Source: a virus | Reading direction: 5' to 3' (one strand) | Length of the DNA: 64,000 bases | IMG/VR virus record: IMGVR_UViG_3300034073_002131 | Span: 34,029 to 98,028 of that record | Shown here: positions 9,329 through 19,427 of the stretch, one piece after another | Layout: the number at the start of each line of letters is the position of its first letter | Numbering within the stretch: position 1 is the stretch's first letter | Translations under genes and position numbers: made by a program | The notes under the pieces: generated by a model | Told to the model about the DNA's origin: nothing | The model's database searches: none | Seen by the model: only the letters and a program-made list of their open reading frames with translations

Positions 9329-10582
9329 TTATATGCCGTAACGGCCTCTTAATGCGTAATAATTTTGAGCAGACTCATCCGCTGTTAGTTGACGATTATA
9401 CACTAATATTCTTGATAGTGTGCCGTTCATATTCCATGAGGTGCCATACCCAAACCAATCAAAAACTGTCCAGTTACTAAAATCTACACCTTTTGCTTCC
9501 CACATGTGATACACATTATTTCTATAATTTACTGGAGTAGCTGGATTTACTACAGTATTAAGATCTACGTAATTAACGGGACTACCACAGCCTTCATGAT
9601 AATAATTATTTCCATAACTTGCAGATAAATATACAGATCCACTGTTATTTCCTCTAACCCATAGCTCTTGTGTATCTGAAGTTTTATACCATAAAACTAC
9701 TGTGCAATTATTACTATTTCCTGTTAAAGAACTGCTTCTATTAAAACTATGAGATTCTGTAATATTAAAACTAGTTTTATCAGTAGTTAGAGTAGGCTGA
9801 CCATAAATTGTGTGATCGTTTCCTATACCACTAAGATCATATAATTTATTACCAGCATTAGTTAGTAGTTCAGATATTTTAGGTTCTGTACCGTCAACTA
9901 TATCAACTCTTGGTTGATACCATTGTTGATTAGTAGTAGTATCACTAGAGTAATATAGGAAACTGCGATGGTAAGAGTACGTATTTGTTGACTTCCATAG
10001 ATAATCTGTACAATTTAGTACTTTAGTTCCATTAGTATGATATACACCTGAATCTGGGTGTGTAGCACCTGTACCAGAATTAGCTGGCCAAATATGTCCA
10101 ACTACTAAATACCATTGATTAGCTGTAGCCCAACCCCAACCTTCTGCTGAAAAATATGGGTTTTGATTTGAGGCACCATTACTTCTATTTCTTACTTGTT
10201 GAGCATCTCCATCCCAAGCATGCGGCCCCATGTAAAAGTTACCATTACCTATAGTTTTTCTACGTACCCAAGTTGTATATCTATACATTTTATTAGGGTC
10301 AATAGTAAATGCAGAACCCCACCAACCACCATCTTCATCGCTTGCAGCATCTTGATTACTTACATCCCACACTACATCGGTAATACCAAACGGATTAGTA
10401 TCATTTATTCTTGAATTTCCATCACCATTTGTAGCATATCCAGTAGCTGCACCACTTGTACCAGCAATCCAAGAGTCCCAAGTAATAATAGAACGCCTAC
10501 CTTTACTAGATTTAGGATTTCCAATATCTAAATCTAATATTTTTCCTGCAGTAACAATATTTGGGCCTAAATATGTGCTCAT
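9329..10582 (-). CDS. LamG/concanavalin A-like lectin domain virion protein
   Basis: C-terminal ILVYNRQLTADESAQNYYALRGRYGI. Confidence 0.75.
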   Translation of the reverse strand: MSTYLGPNIVTAGKILDLDIGNPKSSKGRRSIITWDSWIAGTSGAATGYATNGDGNSRINDTNPFGITDVVWDVSNQDAASDEDGGWWGSAFTIDPNKMYRYTTWVRRKTIGNGNFYMGPHAWDGDAQQVRNRSNGASNQNPYFSAEGWGWATANQWYLVVGHIWPANSGTGATHPDSGVYHTNGTKVLNCTDYLWKSTNTYSYHRSFLYYSSDTTTNQQWYQPRVDIVDGTEPKISELLTNAGNKLYDLSGIGNDHTIYGQPTLTTDKTSFNITESHSFNRSSSLTGNSNNCTVVLWYKTSDTQELWVRGNNSGSVYLSASYGNNYYHEGCGSPVNYVDLNTVVNPATPVNYRNNVYHMWEAKGVDFSNWTVFDWFGYGTSWNMNGTLSRILVYNRQLTADESAQNYYALRGRYGI

Positions 10583-11787
10583 AATCCGTATAGCCCCCTT
10601 TGTGCAGCAAAATTTTGTGCTACTTCATTAGCAGATAGTGCTCTATTATAAATTTTTACATTACTAATAGATTTTGAAGTATATTCCCCATTCCAGCCAT
10701 TACCTATATTTAATACTTGTTGTAAAAAATTATTATTAAAACCTGTCTTTGACCCTTTTAAAGTACCATTAAGATACGCATATGCTACTGAAGCATTTCT
10801 TACTAGAGTTACATGATTCCACGTACCTGTTGTTAAAGTCCATCCAGTAGTTGGATAATTATTAAATTCAGAACTATAAAAATATATTGCACCATCTCCA
10901 GTATTAGCCTTTAAACCAAAAGTATACTGATCTGGTAATGCTACCATATGCGTATATCCGTTAAAATTTGTAGGATTAATCCAGCAATCAATAGTAAAAT
11001 CGCCTGTTCCAAATGCAAAACTGGAAGAGGCAGGGCATTGTAGTCGTGCATCTACATCAACACTCCAACTAAAAGTACCATTACTATTATAAGTCAAATT
11101 TTGTGCAGTAATTGTACTTTGTCCAGTTAAATCTAATACGGCTTGTGTGTTTGATCTAGTAGTGTCTGTATATGGTGTAGGAAATGTACCAAATTCTACT
11201 TGAGCACCACCAACTAGTATAAAACCTGTAAAAGAACCATCAGTGACACCAACTCTGTATGGATAAGCAATAATAAAATTTACATTTCCTGAACCAGTTC
11301 CTTGCAGTCCTTGACGTTGCCACGTGCCTTTACGCAATGTATCATATCCAGTCACATATCCTCCAGCTAGTGCAGATACGCTGGCCCCTTCAATTGACGA
11401 ATTCATTCCATCAATATTACAATTACTGCTTAAAAATGTATATGCAGACATTGCATAACTTTGTCCCGCTGTCATAGGTGCAGTTTTTAATACATAAGCA
11501 TAAGAATTGCCAGACCATGATGCTGATAAAGCACCAGACGTATATTTGCGAACTTTTCCCAAGTATATTCCTAAAGGTCCATCTACTCCTGGATGAGTAT
11601 ATGTGCTATCAACTACCCAGTTATTGCCATTCCAAAAATGCAGAGTTTGTGCTGGCCAAGTATAATATCCATCTAACGGATGCAAATTTGTAGTTGGTGC
11701 GCCTTGCCATGACTTCTTGGTATTCTGCATGTCATAGTAAAATACCAACCCATCTGTAACTACTCTAGGGGAATGAACTAATGCCAT
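10579..11787 (-). CDS. LamG/concanavalin A-like lectin domain virion protein
   Basis: VTDGLVFYYD start; FTIDCWI, WNHVTLVR, KIYNRALSANEVAQNF. Confidence 0.8.
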   Translation of the reverse strand: MALVHSPRVVTDGLVFYYDMQNTKKSWQGAPTTNLHPLDGYYTWPAQTLHFWNGNNWVVDSTYTHPGVDGPLGIYLGKVRKYTSGALSASWSGNSYAYVLKTAPMTAGQSYAMSAYTFLSSNCNIDGMNSSIEGASVSALAGGYVTGYDTLRKGTWQRQGLQGTGSGNVNFIIAYPYRVGVTDGSFTGFILVGGAQVEFGTFPTPYTDTTRSNTQAVLDLTGQSTITAQNLTYNSNGTFSWSVDVDARLQCPASSSFAFGTGDFTIDCWINPTNFNGYTHMVALPDQYTFGLKANTGDGAIYFYSSEFNNYPTTGWTLTTGTWNHVTLVRNASVAYAYLNGTLKGSKTGFNNNFLQQVLNIGNGWNGEYTSKSISNVKIYNRALSANEVAQNFAAQRGLYGL

Positions 11788-12491
11788 TATCTTCCGTACC
11801 TTTTTGCGTGTGCTGTTTGATATTGCTGATTAACTTCAGCAGCCGAGTGTGCAGTATTGTAAACCTGCATGGCACCAAAATCACCTAACCAGTATCCCCA
11901 TCCCCAAAAAACTCCAATACTGCCCATATTGCCACCACCTAGATAACGCGGCGAAGACACATTCAATACATAATCTTGCACGCCATTTACGTACATAATC
12001 ATGTTTGTGGAACTTGTTCTTATAAAAGCAAGATGTACCCAATTGCCTGTGTTGACTGATACTCCAGTACTGGTATAATAATTCCATTGACCATCATATT
12101 GAAGATAGTATAGTTTTCCGTCATTTAGTCCGTAGCCTACGTTAACAGGGCCCCCACTCCAATGCGAAAATAATCCTCTCTGGCCGGTGGCAGTTGTTCG
12201 TACAGAAAAATATACTGTGCAGGCAGTTGGCAGTGTAAAATCGCTATGAGCAATATAATCATTTGATCCGTCAAATGATAGATATTTGATATTGTTAATA
12301 TTATTGAACGTAGGACCGTTAAAAAGCGTTCCTACTCTAGTGCCTTGTAAATCGTTTAGCGTAGTTCCTGAGTATGACAATGTTCTATTAAGATCTACTG
12401 CAAAATCTAAATTTGCAGATATAAGGCCTGCCCTAGAATTTTCTTTTGACAAATCAATCCATGTATTTGAGACTCCGTAGTTAATTGACAT
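11787..12491 (-). CDS. LamG/concanavalin A-like lectin domain virion protein
   Basis: FDGSNDY, WVHLAFIR, MYVNG, VYNTAHSAAEV. Confidence 0.8.
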   Translation of the reverse strand: MSINYGVSNTWIDLSKENSRAGLISANLDFAVDLNRTLSYSGTTLNDLQGTRVGTLFNGPTFNNINNIKYLSFDGSNDYIAHSDFTLPTACTVYFSVRTTATGQRGLFSHWSGGPVNVGYGLNDGKLYYLQYDGQWNYYTSTGVSVNTGNWVHLAFIRTSSTNMIMYVNGVQDYVLNVSSPRYLGGGNMGSIGVFWGWGYWLGDFGAMQVYNTAHSAAEVNQQYQTAHAKRYGR

Positions 12492-15400
12492 TTAATCAAT
12501 CTCCACTTCCAGTTTGTCAACGTCTTTACGTTCACCATATACTGTATAAAAGCAGCTAACAGGTTTACCGGTTTCGTTCACAATATATACACAATTGTTT
12601 TCAACACGTTCAACGTATAATTGTTGTCCAGCACTAGCAGCAGTTAAGTTAACTGTAATACTATCAGCATGTACTAAACCAGTCCAGTAATCTGGTAGTT
12701 GGATAGAGCCTGTACCCTGCAACCTACCACGAACATATACACCATTTTCTGGACCTTCCAAGCTGCCGTAACGTAATTTTTTACCCGGTTTAGTTGGGTG
12801 ATCAATAAGGAACGACTTGGTAGTTGCACTAAGTGTACCATTAATAGTTACATTACCATTAATTGTTCCACCACTTAGAGGTAATGCATAATTTGTGTAG
12901 TTTCCGTCGTGTATTATAGTTCGCCAACTTTGATTAGTTCCTCCAGTTTTTCTACGAAATTGAAATGTATCACTAAAAAAACTTAAGGCTAAAGTTGCTG
13001 AGTAGTAGGTAGCTGCATCTCCATGAGACATACGAATAGCATAGTGCCACTCAGTACTAGGATTAAGAGTATTATCTCCAACTAATTGCCAATATTGAAG
13101 TGCATTAGATTTGGAACCAGTATCACTACCTAACTGCCACGAATTACTAGCATTTGAAGCAGTAGCAGCATTACCAGTTATACTTATACCCCAAGTACCC
13201 GACGCTCCGCCGCCTGTTAGGGTTGGTGAATAGCTGTTGTAATTTTGATCTGTTAAAGTTCTATTCCAAGTTTGCCAGCTGTCATTTCCATTCCAACCAC
13301 CACGAAAACATAAGTCATTACCAGCATGACTTATGTACATTTGAGCTCTGCCGGCTGTTCCAACACCTGGGTCAAATGTTAGTATAGTTCCATATGCATA
13401 ACCATAACTAGGTGGTTTATTTGCACTATTTTGTATATAGGCATAATACATTGAATTATATTCTAATGTATTAAAATCCATAGCATCATTACCGCCAAGA
13501 GCGCGCAAGTGTGCATTAAAACTAGTGTAGTTTCCTGCGGCAAGTAACTTGCCAGTTTGACTTCTAGTAGTCCATGGATTTACATATAGTTCACCATCGT
13601 TTTCATACAGTAGTGTTGCACTGTATCCTCCTCGATGAAAGGATATACCTGGAGCAGTATTATCCTCAGTATAAACTTCAAGATTTGAGCCTGTATATGC
13701 TGTGGTCCGGCCATTACGTCTAAATTGTGTGCGTGAGTAAAAAGTACTGTCTGCATTATTACCATAGGCTACTACAACAGCACCCCAAGTAGATAGTCCA
13801 CGGCTAGGAGTATTTGGTAATCCTCCACCCCAACCTGACGGATAGCCAATATCAACATTTGAAAATAGATGAATGCCTTGATTATCGGAACCACCAGTTA
13901 GTTGTCCTCGAACACCTTTAACTTGTATAGACTCATCAGCAGTAAAATAAGTTAAACCTGTTACGGTTCCGCCTGTTAGTGGTAGAGCATAGCTTGAATA
14001 ATTAGCGCTATGTAAAATAGTTCCTGGTAGACCAAACAGGTTATCCCAGTGAGTATAATCATTGGTACTAAAATTTTGATCTTCTTCAGCAGTCCAGCCC
14101 AAGCCCATTAGGTGTATACGACCTTTTCGTTGGTGAAATCTAAGGTGAGTATATAGTTCAAGACTGCTTACTTTATCTACGCGAACACCATCATGAGTGT
14201 TGCCAGTAGACTGATTACTAGCATTTTGGAAGCAGTTAATACGAGCTAAAAACTTGTATTCACCCGTACTGCGCTTACCGTATACATCAAAATATCCGCC
14301 ACTATCCCATGCTAGGTGATTTATATAACAGGTTTTTGCTCCATGCGGTACTAGGTAATCAATATACTCTGCACCACCAGAACTACCTGTACTACCACTA
14401 GTACTACTGTATACATATCCCACGTCGCCAATATGAAATCCAGCACCGCTCCACTCTGTGCTAGCACTGGCTAATGTAAATCCATTTTGAGCTGTGTACT
14501 CACTAGCAACATTTGTAGTAGCTAACCAAGGGCGAAAGAATCTGGTGCGCTCAGCCTCAAAATTTCTAGTTATTTCACTAACATTTAGTGCCTTGTTGTA
14601 AACTCGGGCAATGGCAATATAACCATTCCAAGTTTCGCCACCACCATCACCACCAATCCATAACTTATTTAAATTAGTAAACTGAGCTGCAGCATAAGAT
14701 CCCTGACCCTCTAATTGACCATTAATATAGTGATAGGTACTTCCAGCACTAAATACCCAGACCAAATGATACCAACGACCAGTAGCTAAAACAGGTCCTG
14801 ATCCGTAGTCTGGATAGGAAACCATTGTTCCGCCATTAGTACCTAAAAGAGGTCTTTCACTACCATTATCAAATATAGTATCGTAGTTACTAAACCCATC
14901 TGCCCATGCCCAAGCTTCATAGGTCATGGTAGTGCCTAGTACAATTCCATCAACTATTAGGTAACCGCCGGTTCCATTATTGTAGGTAGCACCAATACCT
15001 TCTTTAGTAGTAATACTAATATTTGAATTTGTTATGGTATAGTCTGTACCACTCAGGTTTTTAAGTGGTATGCTGCAATTTTTATTATTAAAGTCTAGGT
15101 ATAGGATTAGGCTTTCGGTTGTTATACCTGCACCACTTGTGGTGGTTCTGCCTATTTGCAGATATTTAGGGTCGGTATAGGTAGTGTAATTTCCAGCGTG
15201 TAAGATTGGATTAGTTCTGTATTTAAAATCTGCATCTGCACTACTGTTAAATACAATACCGTTTAGAGCCTGAGTAGAACCAATACTAATTTCGTTACCG
15301 TTTTTACCAAGGATCCAGACACCACCAGTATCTCTAATAGTATTTACTTGCAGATCGCCGGTTAAAGTTCCGCCAGTTAGTGGTAATGCATAACTACTAT

Positions 15401-16631
15401 AGTTACTACTATTAAGTACGGCATTGCCTTCCCAAGTTAACCCACTTGCACCACCATCTAGATCTACTGCAAGACGTACGGTACCACCACCAATAAATCT
15501 AACTTGATTGCTATCACCATCCCAACGAATACCCCAAGCATTAGCTACTGTTGCATGTGAAGGATAGTAGTCACGAGAAATGCCCCAGATATCAAAATTT
15601 CCATCGCCAGTATCTAGTCCCAGTATTCCGCCTGGAAACTGTGGACGAGTGTCTATACTATTCTGAAAAGTTGCTCGTCCATAAAAAGTAGTACTACCAC
15701 CACCATACCCAATACCTATAGAACCAGCATGAGCATATTGTAACCATAGAGTATCACTGCTTGTTTTTGTTTGTAGAGTATTGTAATACCCATTATACCC
15801 TACTTCAAGATTACCAAATACTCCCCCTACAGTATTATTTGCAGCAACTATAGCACCAGTAATGGTACCGCCAGTTAGTGGTAAGGCATAACTATTATAA
15901 TTATTGGAATGTAGTATGTCATAAGTACCTACATTATTTATCCACTTTAGGGCTCTACCACGAAAATAATAGTTTCCAGTATCAGTAGGCTCGCCCCAAA
16001 ATACGTCTTTGGCAGTTTGATAGTTATAAACACCGGAAATACTAGCGTGTTGTGATTTATGTACAATACGCCAAAATCCAGATGTAGGATCTATAGTATA
16101 AGTCGGTGTGGTAATATTAGTCCAGTCACCACTACCGCCAGCATAAGCTGAAGAAAATACTGCAGTACCTGTTAGAGTTCCACCAGCCAGCGGCAAGTAA
16201 TTAGCTAGAGCAGCTGAGCTTACATAGGTATTAGTATCTACCTCATAGGTATCGGCCCCAGTTTTCTTAATAAAACCACTACCTGCACCTGTCATTACAC
16301 CAGCCAGTGCTGTCAGTGCAGGGCCTACATTAACCTGATAAGTAGTATCAGTTGCAGTATTAGCACTAAATCCTGTGCCTGTACCAATGGAAACACTAGT
16401 ATTGGTTAGACCTGCTTGGGCTTGCAGGGTTAAGGTGCCGTTGCTAGGTGCGGCACCAGCACCTATAGATGCAATTGTATTATCAGATTTTTTGTAGTAG
16501 AGTGTACCAACTGCATAGTTAATAGCAAGTTCGCCATATTCAAGATCGCCCACCGCAGGTTGCTTTGGTACACCATCTTCTACAACTGATGATTTTTTAA
16601 GTATTAATCTAGCCATAGTGTTTCCTAACAA
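12492..16631 (-). CDS. Long modular tail fibre with internal LamG domain
   Basis: N-terminal LEYGELAINY; repeated NY..YALPLTGG junctions; C-terminal KSFLIDHP...EGPENGVYVRG...ERKDV. Confidence 0.8.
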   Translation of the reverse strand: MLGNTMARLILKKSSVVEDGVPKQPAVGDLEYGELAINYAVGTLYYKKSDNTIASIGAGAAPSNGTLTLQAQAGLTNTSVSIGTGTGFSANTATDTTYQVNVGPALTALAGVMTGAGSGFIKKTGADTYEVDTNTYVSSAALANYLPLAGGTLTGTAVFSSAYAGGSGDWTNITTPTYTIDPTSGFWRIVHKSQHASISGVYNYQTAKDVFWGEPTDTGNYYFRGRALKWINNVGTYDILHSNNYNSYALPLTGGTITGAIVAANNTVGGVFGNLEVGYNGYYNTLQTKTSSDTLWLQYAHAGSIGIGYGGGSTTFYGRATFQNSIDTRPQFPGGILGLDTGDGNFDIWGISRDYYPSHATVANAWGIRWDGDSNQVRFIGGGTVRLAVDLDGGASGLTWEGNAVLNSSNYSSYALPLTGGTLTGDLQVNTIRDTGGVWILGKNGNEISIGSTQALNGIVFNSSADADFKYRTNPILHAGNYTTYTDPKYLQIGRTTTSGAGITTESLILYLDFNNKNCSIPLKNLSGTDYTITNSNISITTKEGIGATYNNGTGGYLIVDGIVLGTTMTYEAWAWADGFSNYDTIFDNGSERPLLGTNGGTMVSYPDYGSGPVLATGRWYHLVWVFSAGSTYHYINGQLEGQGSYAAAQFTNLNKLWIGGDGGGETWNGYIAIARVYNKALNVSEITRNFEAERTRFFRPWLATTNVASEYTAQNGFTLASASTEWSGAGFHIGDVGYVYSSTSGSTGSSGGAEYIDYLVPHGAKTCYINHLAWDSGGYFDVYGKRSTGEYKFLARINCFQNASNQSTGNTHDGVRVDKVSSLELYTHLRFHQRKGRIHLMGLGWTAEEDQNFSTNDYTHWDNLFGLPGTILHSANYSSYALPLTGGTVTGLTYFTADESIQVKGVRGQLTGGSDNQGIHLFSNVDIGYPSGWGGGLPNTPSRGLSTWGAVVVAYGNNADSTFYSRTQFRRNGRTTAYTGSNLEVYTEDNTAPGISFHRGGYSATLLYENDGELYVNPWTTRSQTGKLLAAGNYTSFNAHLRALGGNDAMDFNTLEYNSMYYAYIQNSANKPPSYGYAYGTILTFDPGVGTAGRAQMYISHAGNDLCFRGGWNGNDSWQTWNRTLTDQNYNSYSPTLTGGGASGTWGISITGNAATASNASNSWQLGSDTGSKSNALQYWQLVGDNTLNPSTEWHYAIRMSHGDAATYYSATLALSFFSDTFQFRRKTGGTNQSWRTIIHDGNYTNYALPLSGGTINGNVTINGTLSATTKSFLIDHPTKPGKKLRYGSLEGPENGVYVRGRLQGTGSIQLPDYWTGLVHADSITVNLTAASAGQQLYVERVENNCVYIVNETGKPVSCFYTVYGERKDVDKLEVEID

Positions 16632-16663
16632 GGATTTGTACTAGTAGTTAAAAAACTACTGTT

Positions 16664-18085
16664 TTAATAACTTCCGCCTTCAATAACTGCTATACTTACG
16701 AATCCACTTGTAACTGTAAACTCTGCACTATTAAATTTTGCTAATCCAAGTGTAGCTGCACCACTAGTAGCGGCCGCAGTTGCAGTAGGAATTGCTGTTG
16801 TAGTTACTGCAGTTACTAAGCCCTTGGCATTAACAGTTACTGTGGGTACATTGTAGCCATCACCAAATCCACCAACATTTGAATTAACAGTGGCTAGGGT
16901 AATTGCAGCACTTACTGCAGCACTACCATCTACACCCACTAGAGTAGCTGTAGCATCACCAGTTAAGCTTAGGTCGCGAGCTGTTTGCCATTTAGTAGTT
17001 GTAGCACTGTTACCAATAACTTCTGTAACTACTAAGTTCTTATTTAAGTTCCAGCGATCATCAGCACTAGTATAGGTAAAGGTTGCACCAGCACCTGTTA
17101 CACTTAATCCAGCTCCATTAGCTTGAGCAGCAGTTGTAGCATCTTTGGCTAGTTCAATGTTAATATCACTAATTGCAACTGCTGTGCTATTTACAGTGGT
17201 AGTTGTACCCTGAACAGTAAGGTTGCCAGTAATAGTTGCATTACCAGCTACACTAATATTAGCAGCTGTAATATCATCACTGCTTAGTGTACCATTTACT
17301 GTAACATTATTAAATGTTACATTATCTGTAGTACCAACAGCTTGACCAATACTAATAGTTACTGTATTATTAGTAACTGCTGTGGTGACTCCTGTACCGC
17401 CTGTAAATGTTAGGGTATCAGTTAGTAAGGCAACTGCATCAGTACCGGTGCCACCAGCAATATTTAGGTTAGTAGCAATATTTTGTGTACTAGCACTGGT
17501 AATTTGACCTTGTGCATTAACGGTAAGTACTGGTATTGCTGTAGTTGAACCATAGCTTCCAGCTGTTACACCAGTATCCGTAATACTAATTGTACTAGTA
17601 TTACCCGGATCACTATTAGTTACAGTAATGCCAGTACCAGCAGTAATTGCTCCACCTACTGTATCATAAATATATTCAGCAAGGCTGGTGCTAGCATCAG
17701 TATAAATATTTTTAATTATAGTAATGCCACTACCGTCAGGGGTAATATTTATATTACCATTACTATCAGTACTAGTAATACTATTACCATCAATAGTAAT
17801 ATTATCTACTAAGAGCTCATTGATCTTTTTATTTGCATCAACAATAATGGCTGAACTAGCAGTTAGTGTGCCGCGTGTATGGTCTAGTAGATCGGTAAAG
17901 TATTTACCACCGATTACTACGTGATTAGCAGCGTTACCGTTAGTTTCGGTACCCATACCAATGTATAGACGATCACCACCATTTGAATCATTGTTAATTA
18001 GGCCAGAGTAGGCCATTTCGCCTGCAGCTAGAACACTTGGATTTCCAGCTACCTCTGAACGTTTAATTCTAATAATAGAAGCCAT
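16664..18085 (-). CDS. Tail fibre/baseplate-associated structural protein
   Basis: IRIKRS...AGEMAYS start; T/G-rich repeats (VTAGSYG, TVNAQG). Confidence 0.7.
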   Translation of the reverse strand: MASIIRIKRSEVAGNPSVLAAGEMAYSGLINNDSNGGDRLYIGMGTETNGNAANHVVIGGKYFTDLLDHTRGTLTASSAIIVDANKKINELLVDNITIDGNSITSTDSNGNINITPDGSGITIIKNIYTDASTSLAEYIYDTVGGAITAGTGITVTNSDPGNTSTISITDTGVTAGSYGSTTAIPVLTVNAQGQITSASTQNIATNLNIAGGTGTDAVALLTDTLTFTGGTGVTTAVTNNTVTISIGQAVGTTDNVTFNNVTVNGTLSSDDITAANISVAGNATITGNLTVQGTTTTVNSTAVAISDINIELAKDATTAAQANGAGLSVTGAGATFTYTSADDRWNLNKNLVVTEVIGNSATTTKWQTARDLSLTGDATATLVGVDGSAAVSAAITLATVNSNVGGFGDGYNVPTVTVNAKGLVTAVTTTAIPTATAAATSGAATLGLAKFNSAEFTVTSGFVSIAVIEGGSY

Positions 18086-18096
18086 ATTTATTCCCT

Positions 18097-18333
18097 TTAA
18101 TATTGTCCGGAATCAACTGTTTGTTGATTCAGTAAGGTAGTTGAAATCCATGTTTGTGTTTGGGTATTGTATACCAATATACTTCCTGGATTTAAATTAG
18201 TAGTATTTACATCTGATAGTCCTGATAAACTACTAGGCCCTGGTGGTCCCATAATTCCAGTGTATATTACTTGAGGCTGATTAGTTTGTACTACAACCGT
18301 ATTATTTTTATCAATAACTACAGCATTAGTCAT
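18097..18333 (-). CDS. Small structural protein
   Basis: GPPG, LSGLSDVN, ILVYN...W motif; ends DSGQY. Confidence 0.6.
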   Translation of the reverse strand: MTNAVVIDKNNTVVVQTNQPQVIYTGIMGPPGPSSLSGLSDVNTTNLNPGSILVYNTQTQTWISTTLLNQQTVDSGQY

Positions 18334-18929
18334 CTTGTTACCTCCTTAACTAGTACTAAGTTACCTGTTAAGAAAGGTACTACTTTACCCTGTGCATCAA
18401 ATAATTCTATAGAGTAAACTGCTGTTTCAAAACTAAAATTTTGAGTAACAATTGCAGGAATTGTAAGAGTTATAATTTTTAGTGTATTATCGAACGTAAA
18501 CTGTCCTGCTACACTAGTAGCTTCATATATTACTGTAGAACTCTCAACAGTTTCACGAATCTGCATTCTAGCATTATAGCCAGTAAACTCAACAGGTTGA
18601 TTATACTCTACCACACCACCACTAGTATACTGAGTGTAGTTTAAACTATTTACCTGATTTAGGGTAATTTCATTACCAGCAGTACCAGTAGCTATATAAT
18701 AGGCATCTTCGTTAGTAGTATTAATCTCTTTCATTCCTGCAGCCCCTACCACACGAAATCTCCAGCCTAGGGGGAGGCCGGAAGCTGTAGTTGTAGTTAT
18801 TACACAAGGAGCTGCTCGAGAAATCTGTGAAATGGGTGTATAAACTTTTGTTTGTGATTCCCATCTATAAGTTTCTTGAAAAGTTGCTCCCTGATATACT
18901 TTATAATTAATTTTAGCTGGTTGTTGCAT
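18330..18929 (-). CDS. Tail-associated structural protein
   Basis: YQGATF...ARMQIR...EVTR pattern of fibre attachment proteins. Confidence 0.6.
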   Translation of the reverse strand: MQQPAKINYKVYQGATFQETYRWESQTKVYTPISQISRAAPCVITTTTASGLPLGWRFRVVGAAGMKEINTTNEDAYYIATGTAGNEITLNQVNSLNYTQYTSGGVVEYNQPVEFTGYNARMQIRETVESSTVIYEATSVAGQFTFDNTLKIITLTIPAIVTQNFSFETAVYSIELFDAQGKVVPFLTGNLVLVKEVTR

Positions 18930-19266
18930 CTACATATGCTCCTTGTTTTGCTAGTCGTTTAAATATACCGACTTCATTAGTTAGTGCAACTACCTCAACC
19001 TGTAAGCGTTGGTTTTCTAAGGTAAGCTTTTCTAACTCCTTGTTCAGGGCTATAATTTGCTCGTGTAGTCTACCAAGCTCTAGACTTAGTTTAGTATTCT
19101 GCTCACCCATTCGCTCCAGTTCTCGGTGCATAATTTGTATAATCCCCGACTCTGCTTGGGTTGCTTTCCAATTTTTTATTAGCTGCTGGATGCCAAAAAA
19201 TGCGGCTACAACGGCTATAGCAATAAGGCCCAAGACTTGAATGACTTGTTCTGATATTTCTAACAT
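18913..19266 (-). CDS. TM plus coiled-coil protein (holin-like candidate)
   Basis: Single N-terminal TM and leucine zipper. Confidence 0.5.
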   Translation of the reverse strand: MLEISEQVIQVLGLIAIAVVAAFFGIQQLIKNWKATQAESGIIQIMHRELERMGEQNTKLSLELGRLHEQIIALNKELEKLTLENQRLQVEVVALTNEVGIFKRLAKQGAYVDATTS

Positions 19267-19347
19267 TCTTTACCCTTTCTTTCCGTATAGTAGCCCAAAA
19301 GGTTTGGCTCCTTGAAAATTTTAGTTTTGAAACGGACATTTTCAACT

Positions 19348-19376
19348 ATTGTAACACAAGAGCATAAAGTTGTCAA
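19348..19376 (-). promoter_or_regulatory. sigma70 promoter for fibre/lysis operon
   Basis: TTGACA-17-TACAAT on minus strand. Confidence 0.8.
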
Positions 19377-19380
19377 TGTA

Positions 19381-19416
19381 AAAAAATACCCGACCAGTTT
19401 AAGGTCGGGTATTTTT
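19381..19416. terminator. Bidirectional intrinsic terminator
   Basis: AAAAATACCCGACC...GGTCGGGTATTTTT. Confidence 0.8.
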
Positions 19417-19427
19417 ATTAGATTTAA

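Noticed and set aside
6610-16631. Diversity-generating retroelement acting on fibre genes
   Set aside because: No reverse transcriptase and no TR/VR pair differing at adenines seen in the window
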